Positions 29,205 through 39,267 of a DNA stretch of 64,000 bases are shown here, piece after piece. Origin of the DNA: an uncultured Candidatus Saccharibacteria bacterium (GTDB taxonomy: Bacteria > Patescibacteriota > Minisyncoccia > UBA6257 > HR35); NCBI GenBank assembly GCA_964655375.1, contig CAZZNB010000045.1, positions 2,015-66,014 of the forward strand, written 5' to 3'. The position numbers were made by a program, and so were the translations under genes. Positions within the stretch are counted from its first letter, which is position 1; each line of letters begins with the position of its first letter. The notes beneath the pieces were generated by a model. That model made no database searches, was not told the DNA's origin, and saw nothing but the letters and a program-made list of their open reading frames with translations.

Positions 29205-31279
29205 TTTTCTAATAACAATAAATTTTTATTCCCCATTAATGACCATAAATACTCAGTTATAAAAGGCATAAAAGGATGTAATAATTTAAGAGAATTCATA
29301 AGTACTATACGAAGAACCTCAGGATTATTTTTAGTATCTCCTTTACAAGTTTCAATATAAATATCACAAAATTGATTCCAGAAAAATTTATAAATTCTCT
29401 TAAGAGCGTTTGAAAATTGTAATTTTTCAATATTTTTGTTTACGTATTTAAGAGTAGAATTAAAAGCTCTTATAATTTTTCGATCTTCACTGCTAAAACC
29501 GTCTCTTTTTTTCATTTCAGGATATCTTATTAAATAAAATCTTGTTGCATTATAGATCTTATTTGCAAACTTCATACCATTTTCTACATTAACCTCATCA
29601 AATCTTAAATCTTGTAAATTTGTAGTTTGCCAAATTAAACCAAATCTTAAAGCATCTGCTCCATATTTCTCAATTAATTCTAAAGGATCTATACCTGTTC
29701 CTAAACTTTTTGACATCCTTTTACCTTCTTTGGTTAATACTGTAGGATGAATATAAACTAATTTAAAAGGTGTATTTTTCATAAAATATAAACCAGAAAA
29801 GATCATTCTTGTAATCCATAAATTTAAAATATCTCTTGCAGAAAATACAATATCCGCTGGATACCATTTTTTTTCTTTTTTTGTATATAAAATTGCAAAA
29901 GGCCATAAAGCTGATGAAAACCAAGTATCAAAAACTTCTTCGGTCCTATACCAATTAGATTTTTTACAAATCTCACATTTTTTATTAGGTTTTTTAGTGC
30001 TTACAACATAACTATCTTCACAATTTTTACAATACCAAACAGGTAAAACCTGCCCCCACCATATTTTTCTTGATATACACCAATCTTTTACATTTTTAAG
30101 CCAGTCAAAATAAACCTTCTTGAATTTATTAGGGAATATAAAGACCATTCTATTTTTAACAGCATTTTTAGCTAAGGAAGCTAAATAATCCATTTTTAAA
30201 AACCACTCTTTAGAAGGAATAACCTGCAATTCTGTTTGACATCTATAACAAATAGGTATATTATGTTTAATATTTTCCTCTTTCTCTAAAAGATTTTTAT
30301 CTTTTAAAATACTAACTATTTTTTCTCTTGCAGAAAGATAATCCATTCCTTCAAAACCTGGAACATTTACTATTTTTGCAGATTCATCTATAACCTTAAT
30401 CATTTCTAAATTATGTTTAATACCAATTTCATAATCTACAATACTATGAGCAGGAGTAATTTTTACTATACCGGTACCAAATTTAGGATCTACTCTGATA
30501 TCAGCAATTATTAATAGTTCTCTATTTACTATAGGTAAAATAGCCATTCTGCCAATATATTTAATGTATCTTTCATCATTTGGATTTACTGCTAAAGCAA
30601 CATCACCTAACATTGTTTCTGGTCGAGTTGTGGCTACTACTAAATATTCTTCCGAGTCTTTTAATGGATATTTAATATAATAAAGTTTGCCATCTCTTTC
30701 AATATATTCTATTTCTAAATCAGAAAGACTTGTTTTACAGCGAGGACAAAAATTAATTGCTCTATAATATCTATAAATTAATCCTTTTTTGTAATAATCT
30801 ATAAAAGCCTTTTCTACCCATTTTACATAATTTTTATCCAAAGTAAACCTAGTTCTAGACCAATCTGGTATTATTCCTAGTTTTTTAAATTGCTCTAAGA
30901 TGATTCCACCATATTTTTCTTTCCATTCCCATACTCTTTTAATAAATTTTTCTCTTCCTAAATCAAATCTAGTTAAACCTTCTTTTTTTAATTCCTTTTC
31001 TACAACATTTTGCGTAGCAATTCCAGCATGATCTAAACCTGGGATCCATATAATTCTGTAACCATTCATCTTTTTATATCTTATAAGAACATCAAGTAAA
31101 GTGTTTTGTAAAGAATGCCCCATATGAAGACTGCCGGTAATATTTGGCGGTGCCATCAATGCTATAAAATCTTTGCTTCCTTTTTGTTTTTCTATACGTA
31201 AATAAGGAAGCCACTTTTTATATATTTTTTCTTCAATTTCTTTAGGATCGTATTTTGATTGGATAGAAGGCGCTTTCAT
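29186..31279 (-). CDS. valS: Valine--tRNA ligase (short form, no C-terminal coiled coil)
   Basis: PPNITGSLHMGH, DHAGIATQ, DWCISR, DTWFSS, RMSKS. Confidence 0.97.
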   Translation of the reverse strand: MKAPSIQSKYDPKEIEEKIYKKWLPYLRIEKQKGSKDFIALMAPPNITGSLHMGHSLQNTLLDVLIRYKKMNGYRIIWIPGLDHAGIATQNVVEKELKKEGLTRFDLGREKFIKRVWEWKEKYGGIILEQFKKLGIIPDWSRTRFTLDKNYVKWVEKAFIDYYKKGLIYRYYRAINFCPRCKTSLSDLEIEYIERDGKLYYIKYPLKDSEEYLVVATTRPETMLGDVALAVNPNDERYIKYIGRMAILPIVNRELLIIADIRVDPKFGTGIVKITPAHSIVDYEIGIKHNLEMIKVIDESAKIVNVPGFEGMDYLSAREKIVSILKDKNLLEKEENIKHNIPICYRCQTELQVIPSKEWFLKMDYLASLAKNAVKNRMVFIFPNKFKKVYFDWLKNVKDWCISRKIWWGQVLPVWYCKNCEDSYVVSTKKPNKKCEICKKSNWYRTEEVFDTWFSSALWPFAILYTKKEKKWYPADIVFSARDILNLWITRMIFSGLYFMKNTPFKLVYIHPTVLTKEGKRMSKSLGTGIDPLELIEKYGADALRFGLIWQTTNLQDLRFDEVNVENGMKFANKIYNATRFYLIRYPEMKKRDGFSSEDRKIIRAFNSTLKYVNKNIEKLQFSNALKRIYKFFWNQFCDIYIETCKGDTKNNPEVLRIVLMNSLKLLHPFMPFITEYLWSLMGNKNLLLLEKWPQQI

Positions 31280-31306
31280 ATTTTTTAATTATAGCAAAAA
31301 ATAAAT

Positions 31307-31378
31307 TGGGCGGGAGAGGGATCGAACCTCTGACCTTCTCGTTGTAAGCGAGACGCTCTACCACTGAGCTACCCGCCC
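31307..31378 (-). tRNA. tRNA-Val(TAC)
   Basis: GGGCGGGTAGCTCAGTGGTAGAGC; anticodon arm TCTCG-CT-TAC-AA-CGAGA; GGTTCGATCC. Confidence 0.95.
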
Positions 31379-32475
31379 ATAATTTCAGATAATATTCCTA
31401 TAACCCAACCATACACCAAAAGTATTAATAAAATTATAATTAAAAATTTAGGAATTTTGAAGTATATGTAATTTTTAAGCCTTAAATAGCATAAAAGGAG
31501 AACAAAAAGATTAAATCCTAAAAATACACTTCCTGTTAAGCTTACTAACTTCGCAATATTTTCCAATTTTAAGAAAGGAATAATAACTATTGTTAAACTT
31601 ATGATTAACCAAGATAAAATATTGTTGATATTGTAATCAAAAATTAAACCACGTTTTAAATAAAATGCTAAAGCTATAAATGTGGTTAATATATTTAAAA
31701 TAGCTAAAACGGAAACAGCTCTAACAATAAAATTATTAGCAGTTCCTTTTAAATTTTCTAAGGCCGTACTCGAAACATTCTTACCAAAGGTTCCATATAT
31801 AGATACAATGAATAATAAATATAACAATGTAACTAATAAAATTGCAACTACATTAATCCCTAACATTAATTTTTTATTTTTCCCTATGATGTCATAAACC
31901 ATTTGTAAAGAAGAATATCCTGTATACGCAAATATCAATACTCCATAACTTAGCCATGGATTTAAAAATTCTGTTTTAAAATTACCTGGATTGATTTGAG
32001 GCAAAAAATAAATACCTAAAATTAGAAAAAGCAAAATCATAAAAAATGCTAATATTCCCTCAATTTTAGAAAAAGGATTTACAGAAAGTAAAATTATAAT
32101 AATTACTAAAAATGCATAAAATAAGCTAATTAATAGCTCATTGTTAAAATGGAAAATTAAATTTGTAAATTTAGTTAAAGCCAAATAGTAACTTGAAAAA
32201 ACAAATAAAATTCCCAAAAAATCAATTAACCAAACTAAATTTTTCCAATTTTTTCCTAAAATTTTCTCACTAAGCCCTGGTAAATTATGTTTTTCTTCAA
32301 TTTGAAAAATTATTTCACTATAAGCTAAATGAACATAGAAAATTAAAAGAGGTACTATTAAAAACCAAATCCAAAAATAAACCCCAGATTGGGCTAAAGT
32401 ATAAGGTAAAATAAAAACTCCTAATCCAATAATTGTGCTTGTTATTAAAAAAACACTACTTAAAAATTTAATCAT
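31369..32475 (-). CDS. Amino-acid permease (aromatic/APC-like)
   Basis: TIIGLGVFILPY, YGVLIFAYTG; about 11 TMs. Confidence 0.85.
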   Translation of the reverse strand: MIKFLSSVFLITSTIIGLGVFILPYTLAQSGVYFWIWFLIVPLLIFYVHLAYSEIIFQIEEKHNLPGLSEKILGKNWKNLVWLIDFLGILFVFSSYYLALTKFTNLIFHFNNELLISLFYAFLVIIIILLSVNPFSKIEGILAFFMILLFLILGIYFLPQINPGNFKTEFLNPWLSYGVLIFAYTGYSSLQMVYDIIGKNKKLMLGINVVAILLVTLLYLLFIVSIYGTFGKNVSSTALENLKGTANNFIVRAVSVLAILNILTTFIALAFYLKRGLIFDYNINNILSWLIISLTIVIIPFLKLENIAKLVSLTGSVFLGFNLFVLLLCYLRLKNYIYFKIPKFLIIILLILLVYGWVIGILSEIMGG

Positions 32476-32887
32476 ATCTTCTAATTTTCTTTTCTAAAAA
32501 AGGTAATATAGATAAAATTAATATTACTAAAATGGTAGCAGCAAAAGCTTCTAAGTAAAATCCTTGGCCTACACTAGCACCAATAGCTGCAGTTACCCAT
32601 AAAGCTGCTGCTGTCGTAGCACCTACCACTTTTTCTTCATAATAAAAAATAATACCAGCTCCTAAAAACCCTATTCCTAAAACAATATTGGCTAAAATTC
32701 TTGCTGTTGAATCCATTGCAAATTTTGCAGCTATTAAAGAAAAAAGTGTTGCTCCTAATCCAACTAAAGCAAAAGTTCTTAACCCTGCTTGTTTTTTAAA
32801 AAAACTTCTTTCAACTCCTATTAAAGCGCCTAAAGTACCTCCTAAAAATAATTTATAAATTATTTCCAAATAATCCATTTTATTCAA
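32468..32887 (-). CDS. MgtC/SapB-family membrane protein
   Basis: IGVER..AGLRTF, GIGFLGAG, TTAAALW. Confidence 0.93.
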   Translation of the reverse strand: MNKMDYLEIIYKLFLGGTLGALIGVERSFFKKQAGLRTFALVGLGATLFSLIAAKFAMDSTARILANIVLGIGFLGAGIIFYYEEKVVGATTAAALWVTAAIGASVGQGFYLEAFAATILVILILSILPFLEKKIRRYD

Positions 32888-33413
32888 TAAATTTTAATAA
32901 TTTATCAATTAAAATTTTAGGATCTGATTCCCACACAATTTTATTATGCTCTTTACGTGCTTCTTCAATAATTTCTTTCATATATTTTTCTTCTCCTCCA
33001 GATTTGACTAAAATGCCCATAGGCTTTTTTTCTTCATAAGCAATTACAAACTCATTTAAGGTTCCTGTTCGACCACAAATAAAAATAACTGCATCTCCGG
33101 ATCTTACTAAAATTAAATTCCTTCCAGAATGTCCAAGACCTGTATAAAAAATAATATGATGATAATCAACAGGTAATTCATAAATTTTTATATGCTCCTC
33201 TTTGTTAATTGCAGGCGAAAAACCAATTACATAACCGTTATTTTCGTATGCGCCTTTAGCGGCCCAAAAAGGTGCGCCAGTAGTTGCTCCTGTTACAGTA
33301 ATTATGTTTCTTAAAGCTAATTCCTTTCCTATTTCATAAGCTAACTCATTAACATTAGAAGCACAAAAAGTTGTATCTGAAGCTCCTGAAATTGCAAATT
33401 TTATTTTTTGCAT
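32880..33413 (-). CDS. LOG/SLOG-family nucleotide-binding protein
   Basis: TGATTG, AAKGA, GRN, GRTGTLNEF. Confidence 0.85.
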   Translation of the reverse strand: MQKIKFAISGASDTTFCASNVNELAYEIGKELALRNIITVTGATTGAPFWAAKGAYENNGYVIGFSPAINKEEHIKIYELPVDYHHIIFYTGLGHSGRNLILVRSGDAVIFICGRTGTLNEFVIAYEEKKPMGILVKSGGEEKYMKEIIEEARKEHNKIVWESDPKILIDKLLKFIE

Positions 33414-33430
33414 TTTTTAATTTTTTATTA

Positions 33431-33616
33431 TTAATAATTTAAATAACTTTCAATTATATCTAAATCAACTTTCTTTAATTTCCTCTTTTTTCTTATTAAA
33501 TCCTTATGTTTTTTACTCAAAAAATGGTTAATTCCGCTAATTCTTCTTAAAATTTTTTTATTTTTTGTTATTTTAAATCTTTTTAAAACAGATTTTCTTA
33601 ATTTTCCTGGTGTCAT
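33431..33616 (-). CDS. rpmI: 50S ribosomal protein L35
   Basis: KSVLKRFKIT, NHFLSKK; follows infC. Confidence 0.9.
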   Translation of the reverse strand: MTPGKLRKSVLKRFKITKNKKILRRISGINHFLSKKHKDLIRKKRKLKKVDLDIIESYLNY

Positions 33617-34104
33617 TTTTTAGAAATATTAACTAATAAATTATGTCCTTGCTTTTTAATCTCGCTCGTTAATTTAATAGGTGATTCTATCATTTCTAAA
33701 AATCTTTTAATTTTTTCTTCTGCTAAATCTATGTGAAGAAGTTGTCTTCCTTTTAAGATCATTCTAATTCTTACCTGGTGTCCTTCTTTTAAAAACTCAT
33801 CTATTTGTTTAGCTTTTCTTTTTAAATCACCCTCAGCTTCTTGAAAACTTATTCTAATTTCTTTTAGTGCTGCTCCTCCTTCTTTTTTTTGTTTTCTTTT
33901 TAATTGATAAAGATATTTTTGATAATTCCCTATCTTAACCACAGGTGGATCAGCTTTTTCTGAAATTAAAATTAAACCAGTATTGTTTTTTTCAGCAATT
34001 TCTATTGCCTCTTTTAAGGTTAAAATACCTATTTGTTTACCTTCTTCACTTATTAACCTAATTTTTTTATTGCTTTTTAATGAATTAATTCTTGGATCAA
34101 ACAG
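33613..34104 (-). CDS. infC: Translation initiation factor IF-3 with non-AUG start (CTG 34104, or ATT 34089)
   Basis: Frame is open upstream of the track ORF: (L)FDPRINSLKSNKKIRLISEEGKQIGIL..ADPPVVKI; in-frame TAA just above the CTG; no ATG available. Confidence 0.88.
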   Translation of the reverse strand: MFDPRINSLKSNKKIRLISEEGKQIGILTLKEAIEIAEKNNTGLILISEKADPPVVKIGNYQKYLYQLKRKQKKEGGAALKEIRISFQEAEGDLKRKAKQIDEFLKEGHQVRIRMILKGRQLLHIDLAEEKIKRFLEMIESPIKLTSEIKKQGHNLLVNISKK

Positions 34105-34130
34105 TTTTCTAAATTATCAACTAATGGCGA

Positions 34131-34607
34131 CTATAATAAATGATCAGCAATTTTACTTGCAGCATAAGCTTCAGGTTTAATTTTGACTTCAAATCCATAG
34201 CCTTTTACTAAATTAATAATTTCTTTAACAACACTTTTACTTTTCCCATTAGTACTTAAATCTAAATGTAATTCAAAATCGAATTCCAATTTTTCTTTAA
34301 TTAATTCTTCCAATATTTCTCTGCTGACTTCTAAACTTACATTTGCCTCTTCCCACAATCTTGTAAATAGATCTATTTTTTTATTAATACAAATTTTTTT
34401 CCAAAAATATCTAGCTCCATATCCAACTCTATGAACTACAATTACAGAAATAAATTCAATTCCATTTTCTTGAACTTCTGAATCTGTTCCTACTAAAATT
34501 CTATATCTGTATCTTTCATCAGCCAAAATAAAATCTTTGATTTCTTTAATTAATAAATCCTTCGTTAATTTTTTGCCATATGCAGTTTTAAAATCTTTTA
34601 ATGTCAT
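34131..34607 (-). CDS. YkuK-family RNase H-like protein
   Basis: VGTDS, VVHRVG.G, ELHLD, KPEAYAASKIAD. Confidence 0.88.
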   Translation of the reverse strand: MTLKDFKTAYGKKLTKDLLIKEIKDFILADERYRYRILVGTDSEVQENGIEFISVIVVHRVGYGARYFWKKICINKKIDLFTRLWEEANVSLEVSREILEELIKEKLEFDFELHLDLSTNGKSKSVVKEIINLVKGYGFEVKIKPEAYAASKIADHLL

Positions 34608-35574
34608 TATTTAATTTTAAAAAAAGTCCTTCATAAATTTCATAGAAAATAACTAATAAAGGCAAAACAGAAAAAATCCCCAAAATACCGCCAATTTTCC
34701 CACCAATTAATATACCTGCTAAGGTTACAAAGGGTTTTATTTTTAAAGCTGTTTTAGCCACTAATGGGACCAATAAATTGTTCTCTAATTGTTGAATCAA
34801 TACAAAACCTATTATAACAAATATTAATTTAGTAGGATCATGAGATAATGTTAAAATAATTGCAACCATTGCACCTAAGATAGGCCCTATAATTGGAATA
34901 ATTTCTGTAAAGCCTGCAATTAAACCCACAGTTCCAGCATAAGGAAGTTTAAGAAAGAACATTAGTAAAAATGAAGCTATGCCTACAGAGGCCATCAAAA
35001 ATAATTGACTAGCTAGCCATGCAGCCAGCCCCCTTTTTATTTTTTCGAAAAGAGACAAATATTTATTTGCTTCTTTACCAAAAAATCTTCCTAAGAATTC
35101 AGGCATTAAATTAATTTGAGTTGAGATATAAAAAGACATAACTAAAATTAGAATTAAATTAAACAATCCACCAATCATATTAAATAGGTATTTTGAAGTA
35201 TTTATAAAAAATTCACGAGCTGGTGTTTTTAAAAAATTAGTTAGATAATTAGAAACTCCTTTTAAACCTAAATTTTCTATATAATCTTGGATATTGGGTA
35301 AAATATTTTTAATTTCTAAAACAATCGCTGGAGCTAAAGCACGGAGAATTATAATAAAAAATAAAGTAAAAATTAAATAAATTAAAGCGACATTTAAATA
35401 AAATGGTATTTTAAATTTCAATTTAATATAAATAGCCCATTGTTGAACTGCTAGGCCCAAAAAAATAGAAATTAAAATCACAAAAATAACTTCTTTTAAA
35501 TACCAACATAAGACTGCTAAGATTGGGATACTCCAAAAAATCAACCCTTTTTTAAGCTCTTCTTTCAAAGCCAT
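34588..35574 (-). CDS. AI-2E family transporter
   Basis: EIIPIIGP, IQQLENNLLVP, GGILG. Confidence 0.9.
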   Translation of the reverse strand: MALKEELKKGLIFWSIPILAVLCWYLKEVIFVILISIFLGLAVQQWAIYIKLKFKIPFYLNVALIYLIFTLFFIIILRALAPAIVLEIKNILPNIQDYIENLGLKGVSNYLTNFLKTPAREFFINTSKYLFNMIGGLFNLILILVMSFYISTQINLMPEFLGRFFGKEANKYLSLFEKIKRGLAAWLASQLFLMASVGIASFLLMFFLKLPYAGTVGLIAGFTEIIPIIGPILGAMVAIILTLSHDPTKLIFVIIGFVLIQQLENNLLVPLVAKTALKIKPFVTLAGILIGGKIGGILGIFSVLPLLVIFYEIYEGLFLKLNNDIKRF

Positions 35575-35581
35575 TAACTAA

Positions 35582-36877
35582 TTATAAAAGTTTTTCAAAA
35601 ATTTTAGCTAATTTTATATCTTTATATTCCTCAGGAACTAATACTCCAAATTTTAAATTTTCATAAGTTATTAATTTATTTAATTCTTGTTTAAGGTCTT
35701 TTTCTTTTATACTTTTTATTTTCTGAATATAGTCATGAGGAGAGAAGAATTTGTTAAAAAGGAGATAGTCTATCCCATAAAAATAAGCTAAATTTAAAGA
35801 AGATTCAGCAGTAGAAAGAAGCGCACTTTCTAAAATTGCCTTTGATTTTTCTATTTCTTCATCTTTTAACTTTTCTTGCTTAATTTTTTGAAATTCCTCA
35901 AGAATTCTTTTTATAGTACTTTCAATTTTCTCTAAATTACATCCTGTCTGAATAAAGAAATAACCTCTATCTGTGTAAAAATCTGTATCTACTTTTATGT
36001 AATAAGTTATTCCAAGTTCTTCTCTTAAAATTCTAAAAATCCTAGAGCTTAATCCATAACCTAGTAAACTAGTCAAGACACCTAAAGCGAATCTTCGGTC
36101 TTTTAAATTTTTGAGTCCCTCGGTTTTGAATAAGAGCAAAATATGAGCTTGTTTTAAATCTTTTCTTGTGTAAATTTTTCCTTTTAATTTAGGAATTTTT
36201 TTCTTATCAAACAAAGCTTTTTGCGGCGCTTTGTATCGAGAGTAGTTTTCAAAAAATTTATCTAATATCTTTAAAATTTTATTTTTTTTAAAATTTCCAA
36301 CTAAAACTAAATAAGTATTGTTAGTAGTGTAATGTTTTTTGAAATAATCTAAAATATCACCTCTTTTAATAGAGCGTAAATTCTTAGATGTTCCTAAAAT
36401 TGACCAACCAGCAGGTTGATTTCCAAATGTTATTTTAAGTACATTATCAAAAATATAATAAGTTGGTGTGTCTATATGATAATTTATTTCTTCCAAAATT
36501 ACATTTCTTTCTTTTTCAATTTCTTCTTCAGGGAAAAGGGGATTACATAAAATATCTGAAATTAAGTATACAGCCCTTTCAAAATATTCAGGCAAGGTTT
36601 TTAGGTAATATCCAGTATATTCATAAGAAGTAAAAGCATTATAACTAGCGCCTATTTTGTCTAACTCTAATCCAAGCTCTTTATAAGAAGGGAAATTTTT
36701 TGTTCCTTTAAAAAATAAATGCTCAACAAAATGAGAAATTCCATTTAATTTTTTACTTTCGTAATCTGTTCCAGTTTTTACTAAAGCTAAAATAGAAGCA
36801 GTAATAAACTCTTCAGAAGGATATAATATAACTTTTAAATTGTTCTTTAACCTCAAAAAACTAGGCAATTTCCACAT
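35582..36877 (-). CDS. M16 (pitrilysin) zinc peptidase
   Basis: GISHFVEHLFFKGT (HxxEH), NAFTS, SSRIF..LREELG. Confidence 0.93.
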   Translation of the reverse strand: MWKLPSFLRLKNNLKVILYPSEEFITASILALVKTGTDYESKKLNGISHFVEHLFFKGTKNFPSYKELGLELDKIGASYNAFTSYEYTGYYLKTLPEYFERAVYLISDILCNPLFPEEEIEKERNVILEEINYHIDTPTYYIFDNVLKITFGNQPAGWSILGTSKNLRSIKRGDILDYFKKHYTTNNTYLVLVGNFKKNKILKILDKFFENYSRYKAPQKALFDKKKIPKLKGKIYTRKDLKQAHILLLFKTEGLKNLKDRRFALGVLTSLLGYGLSSRIFRILREELGITYYIKVDTDFYTDRGYFFIQTGCNLEKIESTIKRILEEFQKIKQEKLKDEEIEKSKAILESALLSTAESSLNLAYFYGIDYLLFNKFFSPHDYIQKIKSIKEKDLKQELNKLITYENLKFGVLVPEEYKDIKLAKIFEKLL

Positions 36878-37154
36878 TTTCTTTCTTTTTATTTGAAATG
36901 GAAATATGTCTTTTTTTGCCTTTGATTATTCCTTTTTTAATCAATAAATTCCAAACAGAATCAGAAATTTGTGCCCCATTTTTAATATAAAACTCAATAC
37001 CTTCTTTATCAAATTCGCCTATTTTTTTCCGAGGATCCCACCAGCCTAATTTTGCAATATATTTTCCTTGTAATTTAGATCTTTTTTCTTGTAAAACAAT
37101 TCTAAAAATTTTTTGATGTTTCTTGCCTATAGGCTGAAATCTGATGACTAACAT
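36861..37154 (-). CDS. rpsP: 30S ribosomal protein S16
   Basis: MLVIRFQPIGKK, LGWWDP, GAQISDSV. Confidence 0.93.
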   Translation of the reverse strand: MLVIRFQPIGKKHQKIFRIVLQEKRSKLQGKYIAKLGWWDPRKKIGEFDKEGIEFYIKNGAQISDSVWNLLIKKGIIKGKKRHISISNKKKENVEIA

Positions 37155-37158
37155 TTTT

Positions 37159-37509
37159 TTAAACGAATTCTATAATGCTTAATTCTGCATTATCCCCCTT
37201 TCTTTTAATAGGTAATTTAATAACTCTTGTATAACCACCATTTCTGTCTTTGTATCTTGGAGCTATTTCGTAAAATAATTTATAAGCAGATTTTTTAGGT
37301 AGTTTACTTAACAGCCTTCTCAAAGCTGATAAATTTTGTTTTTTAGCTGTAGTGATTAATTTTTCTATGATTCTTCTTAAGTATTTTGCTTTTTCTGTGG
37401 TTGTTTTAATATGTTCTTTTATTATCAAATTATGAGCTAAGCTTTTAAACAAAGCCTTTCTTTGGTCTTTTTTTCTATGAAATTTTTTAACTTTCACTAA
37501 ATGCCTCAT
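37159..37509 (-). CDS. rplQ: 50S ribosomal protein L17
   Basis: MRH start at 37509; IKTT..KAK; RNGGYTR. Confidence 0.95.
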   Translation of the reverse strand: MRHLVKVKKFHRKKDQRKALFKSLAHNLIIKEHIKTTTEKAKYLRRIIEKLITTAKKQNLSALRRLLSKLPKKSAYKLFYEIAPRYKDRNGGYTRVIKLPIKRKGDNAELSIIEFV

Positions 37510-38185
37510 GGATAACTTCAAAATGCTTAATTAATATTTCAGTTGCCTCTTTTAATGCCTTTTCTGGCGTAATAGTCCCATCTGTTTCGATAGTAATTCT
37601 TAGTAAATTATAATCTGCTTTTTCTTTATAAACAACATTTTCAACTTCATAAGTAACATTAACTATAGGAGAAAATATCGCATCTATAACAATTGTTCCT
37701 GGTTCCACTCTGTCCTTTTCTCTTTCTTCAGCAGAAGAAAAGCCATACCCTCTTTCAACTGTAAGAGTCATTTTAACCTCTGTATCATTAGATGTTATTG
37801 TAGCAATTTTCAAATCAGGATTTACAATCTCTACACCCGCAGGACATTTTATATCTTTAGCAAAAATTATCCCTTCTCCTTTTTTGTATAGTTCTAATTC
37901 AATAGGCTCCTCTCCTTCATATTTAACCCTTACTTTTTTTAATGCTAACAAAATATCAATAACATCTTCTAAAACACCAGGTATTGTTGAAAATTCATGT
38001 AGAACATTTTCTATATGAACTAAAGTAATAGCAGAGCCTTTAATTGAAGAGAGTAAAACTCTTCTTAAAGCATTACCTATAGTAATCCCATAACCAGGAT
38101 ATAAAGGGGATATTTCAAAAGTAGCTTTATTTTTTTCTGAAAAGACAAGCTTGGGTTTTTCTGGTAAAACTAGTTCTCTTATCAT
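37487..38185 (-). CDS. rpoA: RNA polymerase alpha subunit, NTD only (232 aa)
   Basis: PLYPGYGITIGNALRRVLLSS, HEFSTIPGV, IDAIFSP; stops right after the NTD. Confidence 0.95.
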   Translation of the reverse strand: MIRELVLPEKPKLVFSEKNKATFEISPLYPGYGITIGNALRRVLLSSIKGSAITLVHIENVLHEFSTIPGVLEDVIDILLALKKVRVKYEGEEPIELELYKKGEGIIFAKDIKCPAGVEIVNPDLKIATITSNDTEVKMTLTVERGYGFSSAEEREKDRVEPGTIVIDAIFSPIVNVTYEVENVVYKEKADYNLLRITIETDGTITPEKALKEATEILIKHFEVIHEAFSES

Positions 38186-38210
38186 AATATAATGAAAAAT
38201 TTTAATTCGA

Positions 38211-38828
38211 CTATTTAGAATAAAATTGAAGAGCTAATGGTACATTAAAAGGCAAACTTAATTCCTCAGGTTCTGGATATCTTAAGAATTCTCCTTTTAA
38301 AGTGTTTACATCGATTTTCAACCAAGGAGGTGGAGTATATATTTTTAATTTTTTTTGTAAATTTTTAAATGGCTCTTTATTTTTACTTTGTGGTCTTATT
38401 TCTATGATATCTCCTGGCTCTAAGAATATAAAAGAAGTTCTCGCCCTTTTACCATTTACTAAAAAATGCCCATGACTTACGAGTTGTTTTGCATGCAACT
38501 TAGAATCGGTATAACCCAATCTCCAGATGACGTTATCTAATTTACTTTCTAATAATTTAATTAAAGCAATAGGAGTAGACTCCTTCATCTCTTCTGCTTT
38601 TTCTACTAAATTTTTTAGCTGCTTTTCTTTTAATAAATAATAAAATCGCAACTTTTGTTTTTCAACTAAGCTTCTTCCATAATCAGATAAGACCCTAGGC
38701 TTTGCTCCGTGTACTCCTGGTCTTGTTCTTCTCCTTAAAAGAGCACATTTATTAGAAGCACACCTATTGTTCCACAATATCTTTTGGCCTAAGCTTCTAC
38801 AAATTTTACATTTTTTCTCTATAAGCAT
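38211..38828 (-). CDS. rpsD: 30S ribosomal protein S4
   Basis: PGVHG, EKQKLR, LDNVIWRLG, QLVSHGH. Confidence 0.96.
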   Translation of the reverse strand: MLIEKKCKICRSLGQKILWNNRCASNKCALLRRRTRPGVHGAKPRVLSDYGRSLVEKQKLRFYYLLKEKQLKNLVEKAEEMKESTPIALIKLLESKLDNVIWRLGYTDSKLHAKQLVSHGHFLVNGKRARTSFIFLEPGDIIEIRPQSKNKEPFKNLQKKLKIYTPPPWLKIDVNTLKGEFLRYPEPEELSLPFNVPLALQFYSK

Positions 38829-39265
38829 TATACTCTTCTTGGTTTAGGAGGAGTAGGACCACCAAAAGGTATAGGAGTCCTATCCTCTATTTCTGTAATA
38901 TTTAAACCAGAATTAAATAAAGCTCTTAATGCAGACTCTCTGCCAGGACCTATTCCTTTCACTACTATTTTTATTTCATTTACATCAAAATTAGCTTTAA
39001 TTTTTTCTAATAAAACTTCAGCAGTTTTAGCTCCTGCATAAGGAGTAGCCTTTTTTGTGTTTTTAAAACCACAATTTCCAGCTGAAGTCCAACATAAAAC
39101 ATTGCCATTAGCATCAGTAAATGACATCAAAGTGTTATTAAAATGAGAATTAATATAAATAATGCCAATATCTACTCTTTTTTTCTTTTTACCCTTTTTT
39201 ATCTTAGTTGTTGTGGGCTTAACAATCTCCTCTCCTTGAATAATTTTTGTTCTTGTTCTACCCAT
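38828..39265 (-). CDS. rpsK: 30S ribosomal protein S11
   Basis: FNNT, KKATPYA, GIGPGRE, DRTPIP. Confidence 0.96.
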   Translation of the reverse strand: MGRTRTKIIQGEEIVKPTTTKIKKGKKKKRVDIGIIYINSHFNNTLMSFTDANGNVLCWTSAGNCGFKNTKKATPYAGAKTAEVLLEKIKANFDVNEIKIVVKGIGPGRESALRALFNSGLNITEIEDRTPIPFGGPTPPKPRRV

Positions 39266-39267
39266 TT

